From Pseudomonadota bacterium (lineage in GTDB: Bacteria > Bdellovibrionota_B > Oligoflexia > Oligoflexales > CAIMVM01), in contig JBAXBA010000012.1 of assembly GCA_037142195.1 (NCBI GenBank), positions 1 to 58,144 on the forward strand: a stretch of 58,144 nt of DNA. The letters are read 5' to 3'. The notes below the pieces were generated by a model, which saw nothing but the letters and a program-made list of their open reading frames with translations, was not told where the DNA came from and did not search any database. Every line of letters begins with the position of its first letter. Positions within the stretch are counted from its first letter, which is position 1. The position numbers were made by a program, and so were the translations under genes. Shown here piece by piece: positions 39,305 to 49,764 of the stretch.

Positions 39305-41212
39305 CTAGAAATCACCTTCAGGAGTTTCTTTGAGAATCTCTGCAAGGGTAGCTTTTAATCCCAGAGCTTTCGCAGGAGTCAGCCCCTTCACTTTAAGGAG
39401 GCGTTCCAGAGTAGAGTCCCGCATCTGCTCTAAACTGCCGAATTCTTCAAACAGCCTTCGCTTGATGATGGGCCCGATTCCACTGATCCCATCAAGAACG
39501 GAGGAATGCCGAACTTTAGATCTACGTTTTCGATGATGGGAGATTGCAAAGCGATGGGCTTCATCCCGAATTTGGGTAAATAGCCGATAGGCGCTCGAAC
39601 CCACTTTCAAATCCACAGGCATCTTCTGCCCTAAGACAAAAATACGTTCTGGAGAATATCTAGGAGCATTTGCCGATGAGGTTTCTGGTCGGCTTTTGGC
39701 AAGAGAGATGAGATTGATATTTAAAGTGGGAAATTCCTTAAAAACTTCTGCAGCCGCTGACAATTGACCTTTTCCACCGTCTATCATCAAAGTATGAGGC
39801 CCATCCTCATCTCGCAGAGCTCTTTCTAGACGTCTTCGTACCACCCTGCGTATACATTCAAAATCGTCAGAAGATAGGGCTTCGTCTTCAATATTATAAA
39901 GACGGTACATCTCTTTATGGGGCTTGCCATTTTGGAAGCGCACGCAAGAAGCGACAATGGCTGTCCCTCCCATATTGGAAATGTCTATGCATTCTAAAGA
40001 CTCAAAGGAATAATCGAGCCCTGTCTCAGCGGCGACCATTTCCAGGCGATCGCCCGCCGGCTCCCCTTTTCTGGACTGTTCCTCAAGGGACCATTCCGCA
40101 TTTTTTCTGGCAATATCCAATAGTTTTCGGGAAGCACCACGTTCTGATCTCGAAATCTTAAAATTCCACTCTGAGCCTGGTCCCTCTTTAGAATTGCTAT
40201 ATTTATTTCCTACTTTGATAGCTGCAGAAATAACTGGCACATCGCCGATGTCTTCTTCCAAAAAAATATCGGCAGGCAAACGTCTAAATTCATAATACTG
40301 AAGCAAAAAAGATTCCAACAGTTCTGAAATTTCCGACTCCCCTTGGTCGGAAACTACAAAGCTATCTCGACCCGTCACATGGCGATCCCGTACCATAAGA
40401 ACATGGAAGGCGATAAATCCAGACTTTCTGACTGCCGAAATAGCATCTGCATCCTTAATGCCATCAAATACCACATGCTGTTTCTCTGCCAGGTTCTCTA
40501 AGGCAAAAAGCTGATCGCGATAGCGTCCTGCCAGCTCAAACTCCTCATTCGATGCGGCAGAAAGCATCCTCGATTTGACCTTCGCGGCCACGTCATTGGT
40601 ATGGCCTTTGAGAAAATCGGAAACATCTTCTATGGTCGCCATATAAGTTGACCGTTCCACGGCCAATTTGCAAGGACCCAGACAAAGCCCCATATGATAG
40701 TAGTTACAAGGCCTTTTTGTAGTTTGAAATTCGTGCTCACTACACCTTACGATGGGAAATATCTTATGAACAAGCTGTAGCATCGATGAAGCCAAGGACA
40801 CATTGCCAAAGGGCCCTAAATAGAGGGCGCCGTCTTCAAGTCTTTTTCTTACCCGGGACACTCGAGGCCAAGGATCACTCACTCCAATTCTTATGTAAGG
40901 GTACTCTTTATCATCACGAAGCAAAATATTATATTTTGGGTCGTGGGTTTTGATGAGAGTTCTTTCTAATAAGAGAGCTTCTACTTCCGTCTGAACCAGA
41001 ATGACCTCAAAATCTATGATGGTCTTCACGAGTTTTTTCGTTTTTTGGGTATGTCCTAAACTCGATTGAAAATAAGAGGAAACTCTGTTTTTTAAATTCT
41101 TTGCTTTTCCAACGTAAATGACTCTACCCTTGATATCTCGCATAAGATAACACCCCGGCGAGCCAGGCAAAGATCGGGCTTTATCTTTTAAACTAGATTC
41201 GTTATTCACCAA
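39305..41212 (-). CDS. uvrC: Excinuclease ABC subunit C
   Basis: GIY-YIG PGCYLM..YVGKAKNL..RV.SYF, DIS, IDGGKGQ, RDEAHRFA, HhH tail. Confidence 0.97.
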   Translation of the reverse strand: MVNNESSLKDKARSLPGSPGCYLMRDIKGRVIYVGKAKNLKNRVSSYFQSSLGHTQKTKKLVKTIIDFEVILVQTEVEALLLERTLIKTHDPKYNILLRDDKEYPYIRIGVSDPWPRVSRVRKRLEDGALYLGPFGNVSLASSMLQLVHKIFPIVRCSEHEFQTTKRPCNYYHMGLCLGPCKLAVERSTYMATIEDVSDFLKGHTNDVAAKVKSRMLSAASNEEFELAGRYRDQLFALENLAEKQHVVFDGIKDADAISAVRKSGFIAFHVLMVRDRHVTGRDSFVVSDQGESEISELLESFLLQYYEFRRLPADIFLEEDIGDVPVISAAIKVGNKYSNSKEGPGSEWNFKISRSERGASRKLLDIARKNAEWSLEEQSRKGEPAGDRLEMVAAETGLDYSFESLECIDISNMGGTAIVASCVRFQNGKPHKEMYRLYNIEDEALSSDDFECIRRVVRRRLERALRDEDGPHTLMIDGGKGQLSAAAEVFKEFPTLNINLISLAKSRPETSSANAPRYSPERIFVLGQKMPVDLKVGSSAYRLFTQIRDEAHRFAISHHRKRRSKVRHSSVLDGISGIGPIIKRRLFEEFGSLEQMRDSTLERLLKVKGLTPAKALGLKATLAEILKETPEGDF

Positions 41213-43253
41213 GATCCTCAGACATTAAAGACATGACTATACTTTTTAATTCACGAATTTCATCCCTAAGTCGCGCTGCATTTTCAAAATCAAGCGCCTG
41301 GGCGGCTTTAAGCATTTCTTTCTTCTTCTTATCTATAGATTTCTCAGCATCTCGAGCATTTTTAATGCCTAGCTTCTTGCAACGCTCGGAAAGATCCACG
41401 ACCACCTCAAGATTTTGACCTTCTACCAGTCCATAGATGACTCTAAGATCCTCTGGAAGCGATTTGATAATGGTCAGTGGCTCTATGTTGTTCTCCAAAT
41501 TATACTTTTTTTGGATCTCTCTGCGCCTTGAAGTCTCTTCCATAGCTAGATTCATGGAGTTGGTTACTTTATCTGCATAGAAAATTACTTTTGCATGGAC
41601 GTTCCTCGCTGCCCTCCCCACAATTTGAATCAATGAGGAACGAGATCTTAAAAATCCTTCTTTGTCCGCATCCATAATGGCAACAAGCTCCACTTCAGGA
41701 AGGTCTAAACCTTCCCTGAGCAGATTGATTCCAATGAGTACATCAAAATCCCCTTTTCGAAGCCCTCTTAAAATGTCAGCTCTCTCCAGCGTATCGGAAT
41801 CGCTATGCAGGTATTTCACTTTGACACCGAGATCTCGGTAGTATTCCGTCAGATCCTCAGCCATTTTTTTAGTGAGTGTAATGATCAGGATGCGGCCTGT
41901 TTTGGAAACTGTTCGAATCATGGAATAGAGATCGTCTACTTGGGTTTTAACTGGTCTAATTTCAATTTCAGGATCGATAAGTCCTGTAGGTCGGATGATT
42001 TGCTCGGTTATTTTTCCTTCGCATGTTTTCATTTCAAAGGGGCCAGGAGTTGCGGAAACATAGAGAATTTGTCGGTTGCGATCCAGAAACTCTTCGAAGT
42101 TTAAGGGGCGATTGTCGAGAGCGGAAGGAAGTCTGAAGCCAAAATCAACCAGCGTCATTTTTCTGGCTCGATCCCCCCGGTACATGCCGCCAACTTGAGG
42201 AATCGTGATATGACTTTCATCGACAATAGTCAAAAAGTCTTCTGGGAAATAATCGAGAAGCGTCGGTGGTGCCTCTCCTGGCTTTTTACCAGTCAAATAC
42301 CGGGAGTAGTTTTCTATGCCAGAACAAAATCCTACCTGCTCTAAAGACTCGACATCGTGCATCGTTCTTTGCTCAAGCCGCTGAAATTCTATATCTTTCT
42401 TTTCTGCCTGAAACTCTCGCAACCGGTCACCTAAATCAGATAAAATTTCCTGGATAATAGAACGCATATCCTTGCGATCAGCCACATAATGGCTATTGGG
42501 ATAAACAGCGACTTCATCCACCTTTGCGACCCTAGTACCAGTTAATGCATCTATGAGGCTAATACCCTCGATTTCATCGCCAAAAAATTCCACCCGAATG
42601 GCTTGATCTTTCTGACTGGAAGGCAAGAGATCGACAGTCTCTCCCCGCACTCTAAAACTTCCCCTCTCAAGCATCGAATCATTGCGTGTATATTGAATTT
42701 CGATAAGTTTTCGCAAAAAAGTATCGCGAGACATCTCCTGTCCGACTCGAACACTGACGACCAAACTTCCATAGGCATCGGGTGAACCTAGACCATAAAT
42801 ACAGCTGACACTTGCCACAATGATCACATTTTGTTTTTCGAATAGATCCTGAGTGGCTTGGTGACGCATTTTATCGATATCTTCATTAATGGAGGCATCT
42901 TTTTGAATATAGGTGTCGCTTGTTGGTACATAGGCTTCCGGCTGAAAATAGTCATAGTAGCTGACAAAAAAGCCTACATGATCCTTAGGGAACAGTTCTC
43001 TGAATTCCGTAAAAAGTTGCGCGGCAAGCGTCTTATTGGGAGCAAGAATGAGCGTGGGCTTGCGAAGTCGTTGAATCACATTTGCCATGGTAAAAGTTTT
43101 ACCTGAACCGGTGACCCCCATCAAAAGGTGATGTTTGCTTCCCGACTCCAGGTCTTTCACGATACTTTCTATAGCATGGGGTTGATCCCCAGCGGGTTCA
43201 AACCTGCCATCCAAATGAAATAAAGACTTCACAGACCCACTCCTTTTTTTCAT
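41202..43253 (-). CDS. uvrB: Excinuclease ABC subunit B
   Basis: PAGDQP, GVTGSGKT, YYDYFQPEAY, DESH, GFRLPSALDNRPL, NLLREGLDLPEV, UVR domain. Confidence 0.99.
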   Translation of the reverse strand: MKKRSGSVKSLFHLDGRFEPAGDQPHAIESIVKDLESGSKHHLLMGVTGSGKTFTMANVIQRLRKPTLILAPNKTLAAQLFTEFRELFPKDHVGFFVSYYDYFQPEAYVPTSDTYIQKDASINEDIDKMRHQATQDLFEKQNVIIVASVSCIYGLGSPDAYGSLVVSVRVGQEMSRDTFLRKLIEIQYTRNDSMLERGSFRVRGETVDLLPSSQKDQAIRVEFFGDEIEGISLIDALTGTRVAKVDEVAVYPNSHYVADRKDMRSIIQEILSDLGDRLREFQAEKKDIEFQRLEQRTMHDVESLEQVGFCSGIENYSRYLTGKKPGEAPPTLLDYFPEDFLTIVDESHITIPQVGGMYRGDRARKMTLVDFGFRLPSALDNRPLNFEEFLDRNRQILYVSATPGPFEMKTCEGKITEQIIRPTGLIDPEIEIRPVKTQVDDLYSMIRTVSKTGRILIITLTKKMAEDLTEYYRDLGVKVKYLHSDSDTLERADILRGLRKGDFDVLIGINLLREGLDLPEVELVAIMDADKEGFLRSRSSLIQIVGRAARNVHAKVIFYADKVTNSMNLAMEETSRRREIQKKYNLENNIEPLTIIKSLPEDLRVIYGLVEGQNLEVVVDLSERCKKLGIKNARDAEKSIDKKKKEMLKAAQALDFENAARLRDEIRELKSIVMSLMSEDLGE

Positions 43254-43464
43254 CAGCTCAACAATCCATCATATTACACAGTTTGCCGGAAATTTATACA
43301 GCATTCTCCCAATAAAAATAATTGGATACAGGGTTTAAGTGTGCTAAGTTTTTAAGGCTTGGTCAATTTCATATCGAATAAGAGATTTCTTTTGGTGAGA
43401 AAGCCTTTAAGAAATCTACTTCGCTAGGCAACGCTGACAAGCTTAAAACGATCAACATGAAACG

Positions 43465-44046
43465 ATGATGAGGAGAATCAGCTTGCGGGCGTTAAAAATT
43501 TTGACAGCAGCGGTATGCATTCTAGTTTGCCAAATGATTTCAACAGATGCTAAAGCATGGTGGATGTGGTCCCCAGGTGACACCGTTGACAACTCCACTC
43601 AGTCCATGATTGGAACAGGGTATCATCCAGAACAGCCCATAGACTTCCCCCATAATATACATGCGGGCAAATTAAAGATGGACTGCCAGTATTGCCACTC
43701 AGCTGCAAGGCGCAGTCAGTCGGCTGGCGTCCCCCCACTCAATACGTGTATGGGATGTCATAAAATAGTCGCGACTGATAAAGATACTATCAAGTACATT
43801 ACGGAAAAATACAGGCGTAATGAGCCCGTTGAATGGACGAAAGTTCATGACCTTCCCGACTTCGTGAGATTTAGTCATAAACCCCACGTTTTAGCGGGAT
43901 TCACTTGCCAGGAGTGCCACGGGCCCATGCAAGAAAACGTTACTGCTGCGCAGCATGCTCCCCTCCAAATGGGTTGGTGTATAGGTTGTCACAAAGACAA
44001 TCTTGATAAGGGCGCTAAAATTAGCTGTAATACGTGTCACTATTAA
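43465..44046 (+). CDS. actA: Alternative complex III penta-haem cytochrome c subunit
   Basis: Five CxxCH motifs; PEQPI.F.H..HAG, LPDFV.F.H..HV, MGWC..CH. Confidence 0.9.
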   Translation: MMRRISLRALKILTAAVCILVCQMISTDAKAWWMWSPGDTVDNSTQSMIGTGYHPEQPIDFPHNIHAGKLKMDCQYCHSAARRSQSAGVPPLNTCMGCHKIVATDKDTIKYITEKYRRNEPVEWTKVHDLPDFVRFSHKPHVLAGFTCQECHGPMQENVTAAQHAPLQMGWCIGCHKDNLDKGAKISCNTCHY

Positions 44047-44094
44047 TTTTTATAAACTTGTAGCCCATTCACAAGGTTTGCCCTTGCAGGAGAT

Positions 44095-47000
44095 ATGATG
44101 GAACGTTTGGAATTCGACGAACTCGATAAATTGTCGGAACAAAAAGAAGTCTTTGCACCGGATGCCGCATTTGAAGCTCCGGTTAAAAACATTGGCAAAG
44201 GCCACCTATTTATGGCTGTGGAAGAAGTGATGCCAGAGATTGGAGCCACGGACCTAGAAGTCCGCGGTGAGATAGCTGAATCGAAGGGCAAAGGATATCC
44301 CATAGCGAGAAGAGATGTCATGCGTCTTTTCAGTGCTAGCGCGATACTTGGCGCCACAGCGTGTGTAAAGAGACCGGCAGAAAAAATTGTTCCTTATGTG
44401 AATCAGCCCGTTGACTTTGTGCCGGGCAATCCGGTTTATTATGCCACCACTTGCAACGAATGCCCGGCAGCATGCGGCGTCGTTGTCAAAACACGCGAAG
44501 GCCGACCTACTAAATTGGAAGGTGGCCCTGAGCATCCCGTAAGTCAAGGAGCCCTGTGCGCCATAGGACAGGCTTCCATTCAAGGTCTTTACCATCCAGA
44601 GCGACATAAATCTCCTCTCATTCAGACAAACGGCCTTACAAAAGAGTTCTCTTGGGAAGCAGCTTTCGATCGCATTGGAGCTATTGTTAAAGGAACCAAA
44701 AAGGTCGGCATCATCACAAAAGGCTCGACAGGTTCTCAAAGGAAGTTTTACGCAGAATTTCTAACCAAAATTGGCTCTAAATCTGAAAATGTATTTACCT
44801 GGGATGCCAACGGACTTTATTCGTCAATTAGTGAAGCTCATCGTCTAGCTTTTGGAGTGGAAGGACTTCCCCGCCTTGAGTTGGCTCGAGCCAGCACCAT
44901 TGTAGGCATAGGCTCTGACATTTTGGATGTTGGTACTTCGGTGGTTTACCACTCAAAAGGATTGTCGCAAGCTCTGAGCATTAAAGGTATAGAAAAAGGG
45001 GAGTTGGTTCAATTTGAAGCTGTCATGTCCCTAACGGGCGGCAGAGCAGATAAGCGCCATGTTATCCCTGTAGGATCTGAACTTGCAACGACACTTCTAT
45101 TGGTTCGTTCACTCCATGAACAATCCACTGCAAAAGGTTCAAAAGGCGCAAAAGCTGTGATCGCATCCGTATTAGATGCCAATAAAGCTGCCCTAGATCA
45201 GGCTTACGATGTCGTTGGAGTTAAGAAAGAAGTTTTCGAAGCTCTCGCTCGTAAAATGTTAGAGAAGCCTTCGGTGCTAGTAGCTGGTGGCACAGCAAGT
45301 TTTGATGAAAATGCCACGAGCCTTCAGGTCGCTGGGATTTTTGCAAATATTCTTCTCGGAGCCTACGGCAGTATTCTCAACTTTGACAAAGGTTGGAGTG
45401 CAAGCCCCGTTAAAGCAGGTGACATGAAACGCTTTATGGAAGCGTCAGCTGACCTAGACGTGGTTTTTGTCATCGGCACAGATCCTTCCTTCACATTGCC
45501 CGCGAGCTACGGATTTTCAGAAGCTTTAACTAAAGTGAAGACCGTAGTTTCTATTCAAAATTTCCCGGCGGAGGTCGATCGGCTTGCAGAATTTATTTTA
45601 CCTGCTGACCACTACTTGGAAACATGGGGCGACGAAGAACCAGTTTCGGGCTTCCTAAGCATTCGTCAGCCGGCAGTAAGAACCACTGTAAACTCACGTC
45701 AGCCTGAAGAAATGCTTATGTGGATTGCGGCTTCAGCAGGCTCTCCTATGGGCTATGCCGACTATAGAACCTATCTGTCTGCACAGTGGAAGAGCTACTA
45801 TGAAATGGCCGGAGCTAAAGTAGATTATGAAACTTTTGTGAAAGCCGTGCTTAGAAGAGGATTTATTGGCAAGTTAGACACAAGAACGGTTGGCGACCTC
45901 AAAGATGTCAAAATTTCTTTGGCCCTTCCTGAGTCTGGACTCAAGCTTGTTTCCCCATTCGATCATCGCCTCAGAGATGGAAGCTTTGCCCATATCCCCA
46001 TTCTACAAGAAGTTGGCGACGGTATGACCACCATTGCTTGGGACTCGTGGGTTGCCATCAATCCTAATACATGCCGAAAACTTGGCTTAAAGCGAAATGA
46101 TGTGATCCGAGTAGAAGGACCTGGTGGCTTTTTCGAAGGCGCTATATTCCCACTCCCTGGACTTCATCCGGATGCTATCGTAGCTCCACGAGGTAATGGT
46201 CATACTGACAAGCGTTCTACCATTTCTAATGGCGTAGGCTTTAATCCCCTTGCAGCCTTCGCTAAAGCAGAAGACAAAGTAACGGGGCAACCTGTAACGA
46301 GCGGCCAAACGGTGAAAGTTTCTCTTGTCGGTAAGACTTACAGGCTTGCTGCCATGCAAAAACATCACGACATTGGTAATCGAAGTGACATCGTTAGGAC
46401 GACTTCACTTGCAGCCCTTGCTAAAGAAAGTGGCGATAAAGACTTAGATACCGTTCCAGATCTTTACCCTGATGTGCTTCATAGGGGTGACTATCGCTGG
46501 GGAATGTCAGTAGATTTGTCAAAATGCACAGGCTGCGGCGCCTGTATGACGGCATGTTCCCTCGAAAATAACGTGGCGCAGATAGGCCGCGAACAAATCC
46601 TCATGGGACGAGAAATGCACTGGATTCGACTCGACCGCTATTTTAATGGCGAAGTCGATTCTCCAGGAGTCACCTTTCAACCCATGATGTGTCAGCAGTG
46701 CAATCACGCCCCTTGTGAAGCGGTTTGTCCTGTTCTTGCAACCACTCACGACGACGAAGGCATCAATGCGATGACTTATAACCGCTGTGTGGGAACCAGA
46801 TATTGCGGAAATGCTTGCCCCTATAAAGTTCGCCGCTTTAACTGGTGGACCTATAAATGGAACACTATGGGTGAAAAAGAAAGAGATCGAAACATCAGAG
46901 CTCTTAACCCAGATGTTACAGTGAGAACTCGTGGTGTTATGGAAAAATGCAACTTCTGTGTGGGTCGACTTCGCGACGCAAAACTGTCTGCCAAAGAGCG

Positions 47001-47289
47001 CAGTAAAGAGTTTGGTCGTGAATTTAGAGTCCAAGACAGCGATGTTAAAACTGCGTGTCAGCAGACTTGTCCCTCAGACGCGATTACTTTCGGGGATTTA
47101 AAAAATCCTGGAAGTGGAATCTCGAAGCTGCGCCGCGACCCGCGTGCTTATTTGGTACTTGGTGGCTTTCCAGAGGAGAAAGAATACGGGCTTAAAACAT
47201 TGCCCAATGTCAGCTACCTCATGAAAGTGGGTGCAGATCATGAATCTGTGGCCGGTAGCGAAGGAACGCACGCGCCAGAACACGGATAG
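44095..47289 (+). CDS. actB: Alternative complex III ActB (molybdopterin-oxidoreductase-like plus Fe-S domain)
   Basis: TAT-like RRDVMRL followed by TAC, EGRPTKLEG, CTGCGAC..AC, REMHWIRLDRY, CQQC..APCE.VCP, YNRCVGTRYC.N.CPY, RGVMEKC. Confidence 0.93.
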   Translation: MMERLEFDELDKLSEQKEVFAPDAAFEAPVKNIGKGHLFMAVEEVMPEIGATDLEVRGEIAESKGKGYPIARRDVMRLFSASAILGATACVKRPAEKIVPYVNQPVDFVPGNPVYYATTCNECPAACGVVVKTREGRPTKLEGGPEHPVSQGALCAIGQASIQGLYHPERHKSPLIQTNGLTKEFSWEAAFDRIGAIVKGTKKVGIITKGSTGSQRKFYAEFLTKIGSKSENVFTWDANGLYSSISEAHRLAFGVEGLPRLELARASTIVGIGSDILDVGTSVVYHSKGLSQALSIKGIEKGELVQFEAVMSLTGGRADKRHVIPVGSELATTLLLVRSLHEQSTAKGSKGAKAVIASVLDANKAALDQAYDVVGVKKEVFEALARKMLEKPSVLVAGGTASFDENATSLQVAGIFANILLGAYGSILNFDKGWSASPVKAGDMKRFMEASADLDVVFVIGTDPSFTLPASYGFSEALTKVKTVVSIQNFPAEVDRLAEFILPADHYLETWGDEEPVSGFLSIRQPAVRTTVNSRQPEEMLMWIAASAGSPMGYADYRTYLSAQWKSYYEMAGAKVDYETFVKAVLRRGFIGKLDTRTVGDLKDVKISLALPESGLKLVSPFDHRLRDGSFAHIPILQEVGDGMTTIAWDSWVAINPNTCRKLGLKRNDVIRVEGPGGFFEGAIFPLPGLHPDAIVAPRGNGHTDKRSTISNGVGFNPLAAFAKAEDKVTGQPVTSGQTVKVSLVGKTYRLAAMQKHHDIGNRSDIVRTTSLAALAKESGDKDLDTVPDLYPDVLHRGDYRWGMSVDLSKCTGCGACMTACSLENNVAQIGREQILMGREMHWIRLDRYFNGEVDSPGVTFQPMMCQQCNHAPCEAVCPVLATTHDDEGINAMTYNRCVGTRYCGNACPYKVRRFNWWTYKWNTMGEKERDRNIRALNPDVTVRTRGVMEKCNFCVGRLRDAKLSAKERSKEFGREFRVQDSDVKTACQQTCPSDAITFGDLKNPGSGISKLRRDPRAYLVLGGFPEEKEYGLKTLPNVSYLMKVGADHESVAGSEGTHAPEHG

Positions 47290-47358
47290 TATCTGGGCTA
47301 GAATTCGGATTTGAAGGTTTCTCTAACGACGTGAGCATCACATAATGGAGTTTGCTTA

Positions 47359-48699
47359 ATGAGCGACACAGTTCAGTGGGATAAGACGATTTCGGATGTC
47401 AATGAAGGTATTTTAAAAGGCGTAGAAGGCCGGCCCCACCCGACGTACTACATTGCCTTAGCATTTGCTTTAACCTTATTAATCACAGGTGTTGTAAGCT
47501 GGGGATTGATAGCCACTTTTGGTATTGGCCTCTCAGGAAAGTCAAGTCCGGTCTACTGGGGTACTTTCATTACCGACTTCGTTTTTTGGGTCGGTATTGG
47601 CCACGCGGGAACTTTGATTTCAGCGATCTTGTTTTTATTTAGAGCGAAATGGCGTAACTCCATCAACCGATCTGCTGAGGCCATGACCGTTTTTGCCGTG
47701 ATCACAGCAGGACTCTTTCCCTTGATTCACATGGGACGAGTTTGGAATGGATTTTGGACACTTCCTTTGCCTAACACAAACAACATGTGGGTAAACTTCA
47801 GGTCCCCGCTTCTATGGGACGTGTTTGCGATCTCGACTTACCTTACCGTTTCTCTCCTTTTTTGGTACATGGGCTTGGTCCCAGATATCGCTTCTTTGCG
47901 AGACCGTGTGAAAGGCTTCAAGAGATTTGTTTATGGAATATTGTCCTTAGGTTGGACGGGAAATATTCGCCAGTGGCACCATTATGAAACTGGTTATGGA
48001 TTTTTAGCTGCTTTATCAACCCCCCTCGTACTCTCTGTGCACTCCATCGTTTCTTGGGACTTTGCCATGGCTCTTCAGCCAGGATGGCACACAACCATTT
48101 TCCCACCCTACTTTGTAGCGGGCGCGATTTTGTCAGGCTGCGCGATGGTGTATAACTTAGTAGTTCCTGTAAGAAAGATGTTCCGTCTCGAAGGCTTTAT
48201 TAAAGAAGAGCATTTAGAAGCTTGCCTTAAGCTAACTCTTTTAACCTCGACCATTGTTGCTTATGCCTATGCCATTGAATTCTTTATCGCATGGTATTCA
48301 GGAAGTTATTATGAATGGGCGATTTTCAGAGGTCGCGCTACTGGTCCCTATAGCTTCTATTTTTGGACGATGACTTTTTGTAACTGCGTTTTCCCACTCC
48401 TTCTATGGTCTAGAAAGATTAGATACAATACTCCCGTGGCAATGGTTATTTGCTTCCTAATTAACATTGGAATGTGGTTTGAACGTTATAATATTGTAAT
48501 TTCTTCCTTGGCAGAAGACTTTCTACCTGGTTCTTGGGGCCACTATGAACCATCGATCATTGATATGTGTATGACTTTCGGTTCTTTTGGCTGGTTCTTC
48601 ACTTGGTTCCTCATCTTTACGAAGTTTTTCCCCTTTGTATCGATGTCAGAACTAAAACTGATTATGCCAAAACCACTTCGCCGCAAACCCACTCATTAA
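47359..48699 (+). CDS. actC: Alternative complex III ActC (NrfD/PsrC family)
   Basis: FVFWVGIGHAGTLISAIL, INRSAEAMT, NFRSPLLWDVFA, PLVLSVHSIVS.DFA, GWHTTIFPPYFVAGA. Confidence 0.95.
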   Translation: MSDTVQWDKTISDVNEGILKGVEGRPHPTYYIALAFALTLLITGVVSWGLIATFGIGLSGKSSPVYWGTFITDFVFWVGIGHAGTLISAILFLFRAKWRNSINRSAEAMTVFAVITAGLFPLIHMGRVWNGFWTLPLPNTNNMWVNFRSPLLWDVFAISTYLTVSLLFWYMGLVPDIASLRDRVKGFKRFVYGILSLGWTGNIRQWHHYETGYGFLAALSTPLVLSVHSIVSWDFAMALQPGWHTTIFPPYFVAGAILSGCAMVYNLVVPVRKMFRLEGFIKEEHLEACLKLTLLTSTIVAYAYAIEFFIAWYSGSYYEWAIFRGRATGPYSFYFWTMTFCNCVFPLLLWSRKIRYNTPVAMVICFLINIGMWFERYNIVISSLAEDFLPGSWGHYEPSIIDMCMTFGSFGWFFTWFLIFTKFFPFVSMSELKLIMPKPLRRKPTH

Positions 48700-48712
48700 G
48701 CGAGGACATTTC

Positions 48713-49234
48713 ATGACCACTAAAACTGCTGGCATTCTAGCCTTGTTTGACTACCTCGATGATGTTGAGGCCGCCCTAGAAACTATTAAAGGAAGGCCTG
48801 AATTTAAAGATCACATCCTTTACAGCCACACCAGTTATCATGAACTGGTGCACCATGCTGAGGAGCGTTATGGTCCTAGCCAGGTGAGATGGTTCACCTT
48901 AACAGGAGCATTGACGGGAGCAACTACAGGCTTTTGGCTCCCTATTCTTTGCGATTTAGATTTCCCCTTGATTGTAGGTGGCAAAACCCCGGCATTCAGT
49001 TCGCTACCACCAAACCTGATTTTTATCTTCGAGCTTTTTGTACTTTTTGGTGCTTTAGCTACCATTCTAGGCATGCTTTGGTTAGGTCGATTAGGCAATC
49101 CCCACGCGCGTATATTAGATAATCGCTTGATGGATGATAAATTTGGAATTTTTGTTCCAGGTGCGCGAGTCGATGGGGAAGAAGCTTCTTTGCTGAAGAG
49201 TCAAGGTGCTTTTGAAATTAAGAAGACCAGCTAA
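48713..49234 (+). CDS. actD: Alternative complex III ActD (DUF3341-like)
   Basis: Two TM helices, PLIVGGK.P, FEL.VLF.A, DDKF motifs; operon position. Confidence 0.88.
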   Translation: MTTKTAGILALFDYLDDVEAALETIKGRPEFKDHILYSHTSYHELVHHAEERYGPSQVRWFTLTGALTGATTGFWLPILCDLDFPLIVGGKTPAFSSLPPNLIFIFELFVLFGALATILGMLWLGRLGNPHARILDNRLMDDKFGIFVPGARVDGEEASLLKSQGAFEIKKTS

Positions 49235-49248
49235 TTTAGGAGTACGAC

Positions 49249-49764
49249 GTGAAGCTGTCCATAAGTAGAACCTATCTTTGTCTCAGTATCATCTTGACTG
49301 CAGCATGCAACAAAGATCCCAATGATACGAAACTTCAGTATTTGCCAGATATGGCTGATTCTCCCATCGTCAAAGCGCAACGGGAGTATCTAGATCCCCC
49401 CGAAGGAAGTGTAGCTTCCTCGGCGATTCTTTATCCTGCTACCGCTGAAGCTTCGGAGAAAGCACTTCAAAATCCTTTTTTGCAATACCCTGAGGGTCAG
49501 GCAGAAAAAGGTAAAAAGTTTTTTAATATCTACTGCGTTCCTTGTCACGGGGAAGCGGGCAAAGGCGACGGTACCGTTACCGCTAAATTCCCAGCTCCTC
49601 CCGACATTACCTCGGAAGCTTATGCGAAACGCGGCGATGGTTTCTTCTTCCATACCATTACTTTCGGTGTTCGAAATATGCCTTCCTATGGACATAGTAT
49701 TGCAGCACACGAACGTTGGTTAATTGTTATGTATCTAAGAGAATTGCAAAAGGCGGGCAAATGA
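49249..49764 (+). CDS. actE: Alternative complex III ActE mono-haem lipoprotein
   Basis: Lipobox TAAC, Y.PDMA.S, CVPCHG..GKGDG, MPSY, ERW.IV.Y.R.LQ. Confidence 0.9.
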   Translation: MKLSISRTYLCLSIILTAACNKDPNDTKLQYLPDMADSPIVKAQREYLDPPEGSVASSAILYPATAEASEKALQNPFLQYPEGQAEKGKKFFNIYCVPCHGEAGKGDGTVTAKFPAPPDITSEAYAKRGDGFFFHTITFGVRNMPSYGHSIAAHERWLIVMYLRELQKAGK